60,327 bases of DNA from Chloroflexota bacterium (GTDB lineage: Bacteria; Chloroflexota; Dehalococcoidia; Dehalococcoidales; UBA2162), in contig JAZDPB010000174.1 in the NCBI GenBank assembly GCA_043797985.1, positions 1 to 60,327 on the forward strand. The letters run 5' to 3'. Positions 1 to 9,636 of the stretch are shown piece by piece. Below the pieces are notes generated by a model, which was not told the DNA's origin, made no database searches, and saw only the letters and a list, made by a program, of their open reading frames with translations. The number at the start of each line of letters is the position of its first letter. Position 1 is the stretch's first letter. Made by a program: the position numbers and the translations under genes.

Positions 1-825
<825 letters not shown>

Positions 826-891
826 ATTAAATTCTATTGCTTGAACCTTCCTCTCGCTATCCAATTGTTAAGGTGCTGAAAATGCATTACT

Positions 892-921
892 AAGATATCA
901 TAGACCAAGCCATATTGTCAA
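892..921 (-). promoter_or_regulatory. candidate sigma70-type promoter of the 16S gene
   Basis: Minus-sense TTGACA (916-921), 18-nt spacer, then TATCTT (892-897), about 70 nt upstream of the 16S 5' end. Confidence 0.3.
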
Positions 922-1041
922 GTGCTTCATATGTTTCCGTAGAAATCCGACAGTCTATCTTTTCCCCGAGTAAAGGTGGAGTTATGTTCAGTCTCATGTA
1001 GTGTCTATGGGTTCGTTTGCCAGATGGTTAAGGATTATTCC

Positions 1042-1335
1042 TTAACCATTCCAGAATGTTGCTCTAAAGTAGTCATTTACCCTGCGAATTAATACCGCGT
1101 CTTCCATCTTATCTCCGGCATACCAGGGACGTTTGCCCCTTTTCCGTTTAGCATGAGTAGTGTCAACAGCATCCTCATGGTTTTCTAACCACTCGCGTGC
1201 CGCCTCAGCAACAATATCACTCACTGCCATATGCCTTTTCGCTGCCTCAGCTTCTAGATGGAAATAGAGTTTTTCATCATGGAACACCACCGTCATTCCC
1301 TCAGGCATCGGATAATCCCCCTTTGACATATGCAA
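1042..1335 (-). CDS. hypothetical small protein, possibly ribbon-helix-helix (CopG-like)
   Basis: 97-aa ORF in the track. The segment MTVVFHDEKLYFHLEAEAAKRHMAVSDIVAEAAREWL has a beta-strand plus two-helix pattern typical of RHH proteins. The AGGGGG spacing favours the internal ATG at 1308 as the start. No partner toxin gene is seen. Confidence 0.4.
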   Translation of the reverse strand: MHMSKGDYPMPEGMTVVFHDEKLYFHLEAEAAKRHMAVSDIVAEAAREWLENHEDAVDTTHAKRKRGKRPWYAGDKMEDAVLIRRVNDYFRATFWNG

Positions 1336-1411
1336 TTACGCACGTATAAATACTATTATAAATACTATATAGGATACCTCTTCTGGCTGATAGATGGTGT
1401 TAACTCAGATA

Positions 1412-1485
1412 CGCGCCTAGAGGGATTCGAACCCACGACCCCCGGTTCCGAAGACCGATGCTCTTGTCCGCTGAGCTATAGGCGC
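1412..1485 (-). tRNA. tRNA-Arg (anticodon TCG)
   Basis: The reverse complement folds as a cloverleaf: acceptor GCGCCTA/TAGGCGC, D arm GCTC..GAGC, anticodon stem TCGGT/ACCGG with loop CTTCGGA, T loop TTCGAAT. There is one U-U mismatch in the T stem. CCA is not encoded. Confidence 0.88.
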
Positions 1486-1666
1486 ATGAAGTTAAATTAA
1501 GGGTTACTCATTTTACATAATTTCAAATTGCTACTAAATGATTCTACTGGTTTATTATACTTTGATATAAAGGCTTCGTCAAAGCGGTTGGCAGAGAAAA
1601 AAGTATTTACTAGAAACGTTCATTGATGTATTATTAAAATAATGGCATTCTTAAAGAATAGCCTGA

Positions 1667-2281
1667 ATGGAGGATAATGTGGTTAGCGAAATCAAGAATA
1701 AAAGAATAATGACAGCACCTCTTCCTACGATCCTTGATGATATTGAAGGTAGTATTAAGTTGTCCGATGAAGCAGCGAAAAACGCTAGAGAAGCTGCTGA
1801 GGAAGCCCGCCGGGCTGGTGAAAAGGCGGCGGCTGAGGCAGCTAGAGTTGCTGCCGCGGCAATTGATAAACTAAGGGAAGAGATTACTAGAAGTCTTGAA
1901 AAATTGGGCCAGGATGTTACGCGGGCTACGGCTGAGGTAGCTAGAGCTAATTCCGAGGCAATTGCCAAACTGAGCGAGGAGATTGGCAATGCTTTTGAGA
2001 AGGTTAGCCAGGATATCGCGCAGGTTAAGTTGGAAGAGAAGGAAGCACGCGAGGCTGGTGAAAAGGTAGCCGCCGAGGCAATTGACAAACTGAGCGAAGA
2101 GACTGCTAATACCTTCAAGAAGGTAACTGAAGATATTACAGAGCTTGGTAGAAGCATGATTGAAGGTGACGCTAGAGTTGAGCAGATAGCCAGGGATGGT
2201 GTAGCGTTGGCCCGATTGCTGAACTTAGCGGTTATGAATGCAGCTGCTGGTATAGAGAAAACACTTACAAAAGGGCCATAG
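1667..2281 (+). CDS. hypothetical Ala/Glu/Lys-rich coiled-coil protein with internal repeats
   Basis: 204-aa ORF. Near-identical 30-nt segments (gaggcaattgccaaactgagcgaggagatt at about 1956 and gaggcaattgacaaactgagcgaagagact at about 2076) give repeated AIxKLSEE modules. No family recognised; start codon uncertain. Confidence 0.5.
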   Translation: MEDNVVSEIKNKRIMTAPLPTILDDIEGSIKLSDEAAKNAREAAEEARRAGEKAAAEAARVAAAAIDKLREEITRSLEKLGQDVTRATAEVARANSEAIAKLSEEIGNAFEKVSQDIAQVKLEEKEAREAGEKVAAEAIDKLSEETANTFKKVTEDITELGRSMIEGDARVEQIARDGVALARLLNLAVMNAAAGIEKTLTKGP

Positions 2282-2558
2282 CTTACCGGCAGTGCTAAAC
2301 TTAGCTTTCCCCGAAAGAAATTAAGCGGAAGCCAGATTCTTGCGAGAGAACCTTAATTGTAGATACGAAAATACCTCTAACGGTTATGAAAGTAACGGCG
2401 AGGGATATTTTATCTACCTAATAGTGGGCTCTTCTTACGACACTGAGAGTATCGGCATAGAGATAATTTTGTCAGTGTGGTCACAATAACTTGCGTTTAC
2501 CTTGGTTCTGGCGTTTCTGATAAATATCTTTAGAGGCGCATCTTTTAGTTCTTCATTT

Positions 2559-2717
2559 GGTTCTGTTTGTATTTGGTTGATTCCGATGTTATCAGTAGAA
2601 ACCAAACAACTTTCTCAAAGATGTCATTCCAGCGCAGGCTGGAATCCAATGACGGGAAGAGGTAGACCTGGATTCTGGCTCCCGTATCAGGTACGGGACA
2701 AGTTTCGCCAGAATGGC
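2559..2717. repeat. interspersed repeat copy (GGTTCTGTTTGYATYTGGTTGATTCC module plus nested hairpins)
   Basis: 2559-2586 matches the reverse complement of about 11218-11245. It is followed by hairpins GTCATT-CCAGC..GCTGG-..AATGAC and ATTCTGGC-CCCGTA..TACGGG-..GCCAGAAT. The track ORF 2502..2738 is a translation of this repeat. Confidence 0.75.
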
Positions 2718-2804
2718 AACACCACCAAAACCGAATAGTACCCTTCGTGAATCGGATTAATCGTCACTGTCAGGAGTTGTCAAATTTTAATGCCTATTGA
2801 TTAA

Positions 2805-2845
2805 TCCGAAGACCGATGCTCTTGTCTGCTGAGTTATAGGCGCAT
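2805..2845 (-). pseudogene. truncated copy of the tRNA-Arg 5' half (positions 1 to end of anticodon loop)
   Basis: 39/41 identity to 1447-1487. Identity stops exactly at the 3' side of the anticodon loop (CTTCGGA). Both mismatches fall in the D arm. No 3' half follows. Confidence 0.85.
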
Positions 2846-2855
2846 TAAATTTCTT

Positions 2856-2933
2856 TGGGGTGAGTGGAGGGATTTGAACCCTCGATATCCAGGGCCACAA
2901 CCTGGCGCCTTAGTCCACTGGGCCACACTCACC
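2856..2933 (-). tRNA. tRNA-His (anticodon GTG)
   Basis: The reverse complement is GGTGAGTGTGGCCCAGTGGACTAAGGCGCCAGGTTGTGGCCCTGGATATCGAGGGTTCAAATCCCTCCACTCACCCCA. It has an encoded G-1 opposite C73, anticodon loop TTGTGGC, T loop TTCAAAT, and encoded CCA. Confidence 0.9.
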
Positions 2934-3062
2934 ATCAATTGGTGCCTTGGACTGTGGCAACGAATATTATAACGAAAGATATCCTTCGTTTCAATAAGCT
3001 TATACTAGTTCGTATGATAGTAACACGATTATCAATCAGTCTTTTAAGTCTGTTCGATATCC

Positions 3063-3240
3063 TTACCTCACCCCCTTAATCCCCCTCTCCTGAAAGGCGA
3101 GGGGGAAAATAGATAAAAAAGAAGGGGGCTCTAAGCCCCCTTCTTTTAAAATTACTTCCCCTTTCCCTGCCAGGGAAAGGGGATAGGGTCGACTATCTAG
3201 TCGGAAGACCATCGAGTGTCACCAATCTATCTTAGCTAGT
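3063..3240. repeat. array of GC-rich hairpin modules plus a 55-nt unit shared with 21418-21475
   Basis: Hairpins at 3081-3105 (CCCCCTCTCC..GGCGAGGGGG), 3121-3143 (GAAGGGGGCT..AGCCCCCTTC, flanked by A6 and T4) and 3157-3183 (TCCCCTTTCCCTG/CAGGGAAAGGGGA). 3183-3238 is the reverse complement of the unit at 21418-21475. Confidence 0.8.
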
Positions 3241-3367
3241 TCATAAGCTAATTATGTTTCCGGTGGGAGTCTGCATCTTGACAAGTAGCGAATGTAGCTA
3301 TATTCTCAAATTAGTAGAGGGGCTATCCTTTCACTCTTTACTTTGTTCTAAAAGGAGAATAATCAAA

Positions 3368-5152
3368 ATGAAATATATTAGGATGTTCCGCACTGTAGCT
3401 GTAGCGCTGGTCCTGGCTCTTTTAGTTGCTACCGCACCAGCGATGCCAGCGCTGGCTGAATCTGAAGTCTATGTTTCTCCGTCTAGCGGCCCGGTGGGAA
3501 CAGTGATAACAATTGCTGGCTCAGGCTTTACACGCAATGCGTCGGTTAGCATTTACTTCCCAGATAAAAATACACACAAACTATATGCCGAGACTGATAT
3601 CACGGGTTATTTCAGCGGCGCTAACTTTTCTATTGCTGCTTACCCTGTGGGAAGTCAAACGGTATATGTACGGGATATGTACTCGGGTAATTGGTCTTTG
3701 GCTACTTTCACGATAACTTCCAAGATTAGCCTTGACCGGTTGTCCGGTTATGTGGGTGATATTGTAAAAGTCAGCGGTAATGGTTTTGCCGATAGCGTAG
3801 GCGCGACCATCTATTTCGATGAGGTACGGATTGGAACCACCACGACGACTGGTGCTGGTACTCTTACTACTTCTACTGCCACTTTTACCGTTCCCGTCAC
3901 CTACCAGGGCAATCACACGATAAAAGTTATTGATGCTTCGGGCAATAGTGACACTACAGAATTCGTTGTCAACCCGTCGAGCAACATATCTCCAACTTCG
4001 GGGATAGTGGGCAGCATAGTATCTGTTAATGGTACCGCATTTACGGCAAATCACCTTATAGCTATTACTTTTGATGGTAAAGCGGTTACCACCACTCAGG
4101 CATCGGTCACGACTGATAGTAAGGGTAGCTTCCAGGTCGGTTTCAATGTGCCTGTCGGGGCCAATGGCGTCCACCGAGTGACAATTAGCGATGGCACCAA
4201 TGAGACTAGGAACAATTTCACTATTTTGGCTTCAGCAGACATCAAACCCATCTCTGGCTATGTTGGTAGTAAGATTATGGCTAGTGGCACTGGCTTTCTT
4301 GCCAATAAATTAGTGACTATCAACTTTGATAACGAGAAGGTCGCTACCGCATCTACTGATAGTCTTGGCAGCTTTGCCGCTACTTTTAGCGTACCGGTAG
4401 CCAATGCTGGCAAATACAAAGTAATGGCCAGCGATGGTACCAATATAGTTGAGGCCGAGTTTTCGATTACGACCACTGCCAGCATTATTCCGGTTACCAG
4501 TGTGGCTTCGCCCGGTTATGTCGGCACTGACATAACCGTCAATGGTGTTGGATTTATGGCTGGTAAAACAGCAACTGTTACCTACAGCGATAATCAAGTA
4601 GCGACACCTACTGTTAGCGCTGATGGAAGCTTCGCGGTCTCTTTTAAAGCTCCACCCAGCGCAGGCGGAGAACACCAGATAATTGCTACCGATGGCATAA
4701 GCACCAGGGAGTTTACTTTCATTATGGAATCAACTCCACCAGCGATACCAAGACCAGTGAAACCAGAAATGGATATCAAGGCTAAGTCAGAAACCTACTT
4801 TGACTGGGAGGATGTTACTGACCCGAGTGGTGTAACCTATGTCTTTCAGGTTGCCGATGATAAGGGCTTTTTGGGGGGCTCCATATTGCTTGAGAAAACG
4901 GGGCTTATTGCTTCAGAATATACCCTTACCAAGGAAGAAGAGCTAAAGCCGACAAGTAAAGAAGCGCCCTACTACTGGCATGTTAAGGTGTTAGATGGTG
5001 CTTCTAATAGCAGTGAATGGTCAGGTACCGGGTCATTCTATGTTGGTGGGTTCCTTCAGACCCAGGTGTTAATATATGTCCTGCTTGGAATCGGTGCCTT
5101 GCTCCTCGGCGTTTTAGGTTTCTGGATAGGCAAGAGAACCAGCCGTTCTTAA
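3368..5152 (+). CDS. cell-surface protein with tandem Ig-like (IPT/TIG-type) repeats and a C-terminal membrane anchor
   Basis: The ORF is 3254..5152, but MKYIRMFRTVAVALVLALLVATAPAMPALA at 3368 looks like a signal peptide with AAGGAG upstream. There are about five to six ~85-aa repeats of pattern SPxSGxVGSxIxVxGxGFxAN..ITFDG...TDSxGSF...VP. The C-terminal helix is VLIYVLLGIGALLLGVLGFWIGKR. Confidence 0.75.
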   Translation: MKYIRMFRTVAVALVLALLVATAPAMPALAESEVYVSPSSGPVGTVITIAGSGFTRNASVSIYFPDKNTHKLYAETDITGYFSGANFSIAAYPVGSQTVYVRDMYSGNWSLATFTITSKISLDRLSGYVGDIVKVSGNGFADSVGATIYFDEVRIGTTTTTGAGTLTTSTATFTVPVTYQGNHTIKVIDASGNSDTTEFVVNPSSNISPTSGIVGSIVSVNGTAFTANHLIAITFDGKAVTTTQASVTTDSKGSFQVGFNVPVGANGVHRVTISDGTNETRNNFTILASADIKPISGYVGSKIMASGTGFLANKLVTINFDNEKVATASTDSLGSFAATFSVPVANAGKYKVMASDGTNIVEAEFSITTTASIIPVTSVASPGYVGTDITVNGVGFMAGKTATVTYSDNQVATPTVSADGSFAVSFKAPPSAGGEHQIIATDGISTREFTFIMESTPPAIPRPVKPEMDIKAKSETYFDWEDVTDPSGVTYVFQVADDKGFLGGSILLEKTGLIASEYTLTKEEELKPTSKEAPYYWHVKVLDGASNSSEWSGTGSFYVGGFLQTQVLIYVLLGIGALLLGVLGFWIGKRTSRS

Positions 5153-5233
5153 CCATTAGCTATCTTATCTATGGCTCTATCTTTGGGAATTCGGTGTCAT
5201 AGACCGAAAAGAGGACATCACCGCCGAAACAGG

Positions 5234-5530
5234 CTATTGTTGTTCTCTGACCCGGCGTAACTCCATTGTTACTAAGTTTGTGTGGTCCATACACTCTACA
5301 GTCATCACATCTGGGTTTCCCCATGCAGCGGGAAACCCGCCGCCGAACTGAAGCATAGCAATGTAGGGGTAGATATCGTGATAGAAGAAGCCACATAGGT
5401 TAGCGGTGTCATGGCAGCTTATTTCAAAAGTGTCACCGGCCTCATGTCCCCATGAGCAATTGCCCTTAACCGATTTTACTGTCGCTACTACTTTGTTGTC
5501 GGGAGAGGTTGCCCTTCTTGGCTTTGTCAT
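5234..5530 (-). CDS. small Cys-rich protein, TIGR04076-like
   Basis: 98 aa with CSWGHEAGDTF...C...LCGFFYHDIYPYIAMLQFGGGFPW-type pattern that I associate with the TIGR04076 family. It lies directly downstream of the AOR gene. Confidence 0.55.
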   Translation of the reverse strand: MTKPRRATSPDNKVVATVKSVKGNCSWGHEAGDTFEISCHDTANLCGFFYHDIYPYIAMLQFGGGFPAAWGNPDVMTVECMDHTNLVTMELRRVREQQ

Positions 5531-5548
5531 AGCCTTGTCCTCCGTATA

Positions 5549-7408
5549 TCAATATTCAATGCCTAGCTCTTCTACTTTTTCTGGAGTAGGTACGCCAGTT
5601 TTTGCATCCCAGCCCATTAAAGTATAATAGTATCTTTTCGCTGCTTCCAGTTGTTTACTATCGTAATGCTTCGTAGAGAGGACGCCGTTCCTCTTCGGTT
5701 GGAAGAAACGATTTGGTAGCTTGTCGTCGGCAGCAGTAAATCCTTCCCGAATGTTGAATAACCTTGCCATGGTTAAAGTCCTCTCTGCCACCTTCAACAT
5801 TTCGACCGCGCTAGTATTCCACCCGGTAACAGCAGCTAAGATATTGGTAACCTGTTCAGCGTCATAAGGTGTAAACAAACAGAGACCGAGGTCGTCTTGA
5901 GCAATACGAAACAGGTGACTTGCTCGAAACAGGGCTACCTTCTTTGGCCCAAGTTCGTCAGCAGAGAGAGGTTCAAGTATCCCGAGAAGTTTTACGGTCT
6001 CTAATCCCCGTCCTGGTGTGGAGAACATAGTATCATGGAGGTTGGCACAGTGGTCAGCTCCATGAGGGTTAACTTCGTAGCCCAGACCTAGAGCTGCTTT
6101 GACTCGCGGGTCGTGCATTGCTATTTCCAGCCCCTTAACATGCATGGCAAATTCCTGCGCTTTGTTGCCAATTCTTTTAACTGCGCGAGCCGTTCCCTCA
6201 GCCAGCAGGTCGCCAATACCTTCACGTTTGGCAATCAGTTCAATCATTTTGAGCATTGCTTCGGCATTGCCGAATTTGAGTTCGATGCCATTGGTGTCTT
6301 CCATATTTAGCAGGCCGTTCTCAAAACACTCCATGGCAAAACCAATGACAACCCCTGTTGAAATACTATCCAGGGAATAGGCGTTACAAAGTTCATTTCC
6401 TTTGGCGATTGCCTTGAGGTCGCCTATGCCACAGTTAGAGCCTATCGCTGCTAATGTCTCATACTCCGGGCCACCATAGTCGGGGTCTACGGAGTAAGGT
6501 TCATCAACCCTCACCACTTTTTTACAGCGGATTGAGCAAGCATAACAGGCTTCCATCCTCACCCTTATCGTGTCTCTTACTGCCTCAGCACTTATTTTTG
6601 ATACCTCAGGAAATTCACCATCCAGGAAATTACGGACCGGTACATTTCCGGTAGACATAAAAGCTCCCATTCCGGCTCCGGTGCCCAGTTCGTTGAATGA
6701 AGCCCATAGCGGTCGGTTGGCTAATAGCCACTGTCTGAATCCCTTCAGACGCTCAGGGTCAGCTACCTTCGGTCGTTTATGACCCCTGACACCAATAGCT
6801 TTGAGGTTCTTTGAACCCATTACTGCCCCCATTCCTCCTCTACCAGCAGCATCCTTCAGGTCATTCATTACGCAGGCGAAACGCACCAGATTTTCTCCGG
6901 CTGGACCGATGGCGGCTACTCTGATGAGGTTGTCTTCTTGCTCAGTTCTGATGGCTTGCTCGGTCTCCTTGGTCGTTTTTCCCCACAGATGACTGGCATC
7001 CTTTATGTACACTTCCCCGTCGTGAATCCAGAGGTAGACCGGTTTTTTAGCCTTGCCCTCAACGATAATGGTATCGTAGCCGGCGTGCTTGAGCTCGGCG
7101 CCCCAGTATCCGCCGGACTCTGCCTTACCGTAGCCGCCGGTTAGAGGTGATTTAGCACCAACGCAGTGACGGCCACTTCCCGGCAGGGGAACGCCTGTTA
7201 CCGGTCCTAGGGCAAAGATTAGTTTGTTCTCCGGGCTTAAGGGGTCAATCCCTTGCCGTAGTTCTTTAAGCAGAAAGTATGAAATAAAACCAGCACCGCC
7301 CAGGTACTTCCGGCAGAATAATTCGTCAGTTGTCTCGACAGAGGTGCTGTTTTTAGAAAGATTCACTCTTAAGATTTTGCCATTGTAACCGCCTACCTTT
7401 TCGGCCAT
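5549..7408 (-). CDS. aor: aldehyde:ferredoxin oxidoreductase (tungstopterin family)
   Basis: 619 aa. The N-terminal AOR_N-like region (GKILRVNLS...), the Cys cluster EACYACSIRCKK and the overall length match the AOR family. GAGGAGG lies before the ATG. Confidence 0.88.
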   Translation of the reverse strand: MAEKVGGYNGKILRVNLSKNSTSVETTDELFCRKYLGGAGFISYFLLKELRQGIDPLSPENKLIFALGPVTGVPLPGSGRHCVGAKSPLTGGYGKAESGGYWGAELKHAGYDTIIVEGKAKKPVYLWIHDGEVYIKDASHLWGKTTKETEQAIRTEQEDNLIRVAAIGPAGENLVRFACVMNDLKDAAGRGGMGAVMGSKNLKAIGVRGHKRPKVADPERLKGFRQWLLANRPLWASFNELGTGAGMGAFMSTGNVPVRNFLDGEFPEVSKISAEAVRDTIRVRMEACYACSIRCKKVVRVDEPYSVDPDYGGPEYETLAAIGSNCGIGDLKAIAKGNELCNAYSLDSISTGVVIGFAMECFENGLLNMEDTNGIELKFGNAEAMLKMIELIAKREGIGDLLAEGTARAVKRIGNKAQEFAMHVKGLEIAMHDPRVKAALGLGYEVNPHGADHCANLHDTMFSTPGRGLETVKLLGILEPLSADELGPKKVALFRASHLFRIAQDDLGLCLFTPYDAEQVTNILAAVTGWNTSAVEMLKVAERTLTMARLFNIREGFTAADDKLPNRFFQPKRNGVLSTKHYDSKQLEAAKRYYYTLMGWDAKTGVPTPEKVEELGIEY

Positions 7409-7483
7409 TAGTTCCTCCTCTTACTGTTTTGTAATATTTACCAAAATATACTCTTATTAGATGATACCCTACTTTCAGGCATG

Positions 7484-7512
7484 AGCATAAGTTATTTACC
7501 CTGTCATGTCAA
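7484..7512 (-). promoter_or_regulatory. candidate promoter of aor
   Basis: Minus-sense TTGACA (7507-7512), 17-nt spacer, then TATGCT (7484-7489), about 75 nt upstream of the aor ATG. Confidence 0.35.
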
Positions 7513-7579
7513 TATCCCAAAGGTCGCATTTTAATTGTAAGCATTCTATTTTTTCGGATGATGGATTAGTTCTGAAGCA

Positions 7580-7935
7580 ACCCTATCCCCCGCCTGCCGA
7601 AGCCTCGTGCGGCCTGCTTGTGCTAAAGCTTCAGCGAAGGCAAGCGGGCAGGCCTTAATCCCCTTCTCCTTGTAGAGGTCTTGCCTCAAAAGTGGTTCGT
7701 TTATGTCATTGCGAACCCTCACGCTGCGCTCAGGGTAAACTCCGCGAAGAATTTATGATAAAACTCCTGAGAACGGATTCTTCGTCGTCTCGACTTTATC
7801 GGGACTCCTCAGAATGACTTTTGGAGCAATCCCCTCTTACTTACCTGATGTTCAGGGCGTCTAAGAGGGGCTTCGCCCCTCTTTTATTTCCTCCCCCTCT
7901 CCTAAAAGGAGAGGGGGTTAGGGGGTGAGGTCAAC
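7580..7935. repeat. composite intergenic repeat array including a ~150-bp MITE-like element (7680-7829)
   Basis: 7680-7694 CTTGCCTCAAAAGTG and 7816-7829 (reverse complement TTGCTCCAAAAGTC) form imperfect terminal inverted repeats. The right half of the interior is about 85 percent identical to 21241-21295. Further hairpins lie at 7861-7885 and 7893-7933 (CCCCCTCTCC..GGAGAGGGGG..GGGGGTGAGG). Confidence 0.75.
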
Positions 7936-8042
7936 CTTAAGTGAAGTGCCAACATAATTGAGCAAACCCTAAGCTGTGTTATTGACAATCTCGCCAATGA
8001 GAGATAAATTGAAATTCCGATACCTGATATAAGGAGGTAGAG

Positions 8043-9482
8043 ATGGAAAGATGGAAGGATAGGCGATGGGTCGATAAGATGCCCCTGCGATTGGACTTCG
8101 ATAACATGATGACTGATTATATTGGAAAAGACAGGGGCATCAGTCCGGAAGAAATTGATGGACTTATCCCCAGAGCTTTACAGATTGCCAGTAATATCGA
8201 ATCCAGGCGGAAAGCAGGTGAGCTAGGGTTTTACCAGCTTCCTTACGATTTAGAAGCGGCCGAAAAGGTATTACAAACGGTTGGCACTATTCAAGAAAAG
8301 TGTGACGACTTTATTGTTCTGGGTATCGGTGGCTCTGCACTGGGTGGAATTGCTCTTTGCCATTCCCTCTACCATCCTTTACATAATCATCTCACCAAGT
8401 CAGATAGAAACGGAAAGCCCCGGGTATTTTTTCTGGACAATATTGATCCGCTTACCTTTAAGAGTCTCCTCGACCTTGTTCATCCGGAAGGGACGGTATT
8501 CAATGTAATCACTAAATCGGGTATTACCACCGAGACCTTGAGCCAGTTTCTTATTGTTCGGCAGATGCTCATGGAGAGGATTGGGAAAGCATCGGTTAAG
8601 GAGCATTTTGTGGTTACCACCGACTCCAAGCAAGGGGACTTGAGGTCTCTGGCGGTAGAAGAAGGGTATCCACTACTCTCGATTCCAGAGAACGTGGGGG
8701 GGCGTTTTTCTGTATTCAGTCCGGTAGGATTATTGCCTGCTGCCATGTGCGGTATTGATATTTTGGAGCTTCTGGCCGGTGCTCGCTACATGGACGAGCG
8801 CTGTAAAACAAACCAGCTATGGCAAAATCCGGCTTACCTGAGTGGAGTCCTGCATTACCTGGCTGATGTGAGAAAGAGGCTCGATATTGCGGTTATGATG
8901 CCATATAGCGATGCCCTAATCCAGGTAGCCTACTGGTTTCGTCAGCTATGGGCAGAAAGTCTGGGGAAAACGCGAACCATGTCAGGGGAAGTGGTAAATG
9001 TGGGGCAAACCCCAGTTGTCGCTCTTGGAGTCACCGACCAGCATAGTCAGCTACAGTTATACGCCGAGGGACCATTTAATAAACTTATTACCTTTTTGCT
9101 GGTTGAAAATCTGGGGGTGGAGATGCCAATACCAGCGCTCGCAGGAAACAGAGGAGGTCTTTCCTATCTGGGAGGGCATAGCCTGGGAGAGCTTATGAAG
9201 TTTGAAGCACAGGCGACACAGTTTGCCCTTGCCCGGGGCGGGCGAAGCAACATGAGCATCACTATGCCAGAAATAAACCCGTTTACCATAGGTCAGCTCC
9301 TTTTTCTGCTGGAGGTGCAAACAGTTTTCACTAGTGGGCTTTATGATGTTAACGCCATGGACCAGCCAGGGGTTGAAGCCAGTAAGCAGTATGCCTATGG
9401 TATGATGGGCAGGAATGGGTTTGAGGATAAGGCGAGGGAAATCAAAGAGTGGCAGAATAGACAGAGAAGATACATCATCTAA
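8043..9482 (+). CDS. pgi: glucose-6-phosphate isomerase
   Basis: 479 aa with SIS/PGI motifs VLGIGGSALGG, GGRFSVFSPVGLLP and QHSQLQLY. AGGAGG lies 5 nt before the ATG. Confidence 0.85.
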   Translation: MERWKDRRWVDKMPLRLDFDNMMTDYIGKDRGISPEEIDGLIPRALQIASNIESRRKAGELGFYQLPYDLEAAEKVLQTVGTIQEKCDDFIVLGIGGSALGGIALCHSLYHPLHNHLTKSDRNGKPRVFFLDNIDPLTFKSLLDLVHPEGTVFNVITKSGITTETLSQFLIVRQMLMERIGKASVKEHFVVTTDSKQGDLRSLAVEEGYPLLSIPENVGGRFSVFSPVGLLPAAMCGIDILELLAGARYMDERCKTNQLWQNPAYLSGVLHYLADVRKRLDIAVMMPYSDALIQVAYWFRQLWAESLGKTRTMSGEVVNVGQTPVVALGVTDQHSQLQLYAEGPFNKLITFLLVENLGVEMPIPALAGNRGGLSYLGGHSLGELMKFEAQATQFALARGGRSNMSITMPEINPFTIGQLLFLLEVQTVFTSGLYDVNAMDQPGVEASKQYAYGMMGRNGFEDKAREIKEWQNRQRRYII

Positions 9483-9636
9483 GGAAAAACTTTGACAGAA
9501 GTATAGGAAACGAGATAAAATATAATAAATCAAGGTATGAGTAAAGCCAGCTCGATGAATAGGAATAACTATCGAATCATGTTCCTGCGCCAGAGATGCT
9601 GCTTTAGGAAAACCAGCAAGTACACGGAGGAAGGCA

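Noticed and set aside
1651-2157. 168-aa minus-strand Ser/Ala/Leu-rich ORF
   Set aside because: It is the antisense shadow of the GC-skewed repeat ORF 1667..2281. Repeats keep both strands open, and the plus strand has the more protein-like sequence.
2502-2738. Track ORFs 2502..2738, 11059..11262 and 21101..21289 that share peptide strings such as GSVCIWLIP
   Set aside because: The shared strings arise from translating copies of the interspersed DNA repeats in different orientations. There are no start signals, so these are treated as repeat DNA, not genes.
3063-3240. Possible CRISPR array suggested by recurring short palindromic GC-rich units (also at 7580-7935, 12296-12415, 46812-47168)
   Set aside because: The units differ from each other and occur in both orientations. 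They are not separated by uniform-length unique spacers, and there are no cas genes. The pattern fits REP/MITE-like repeats instead.
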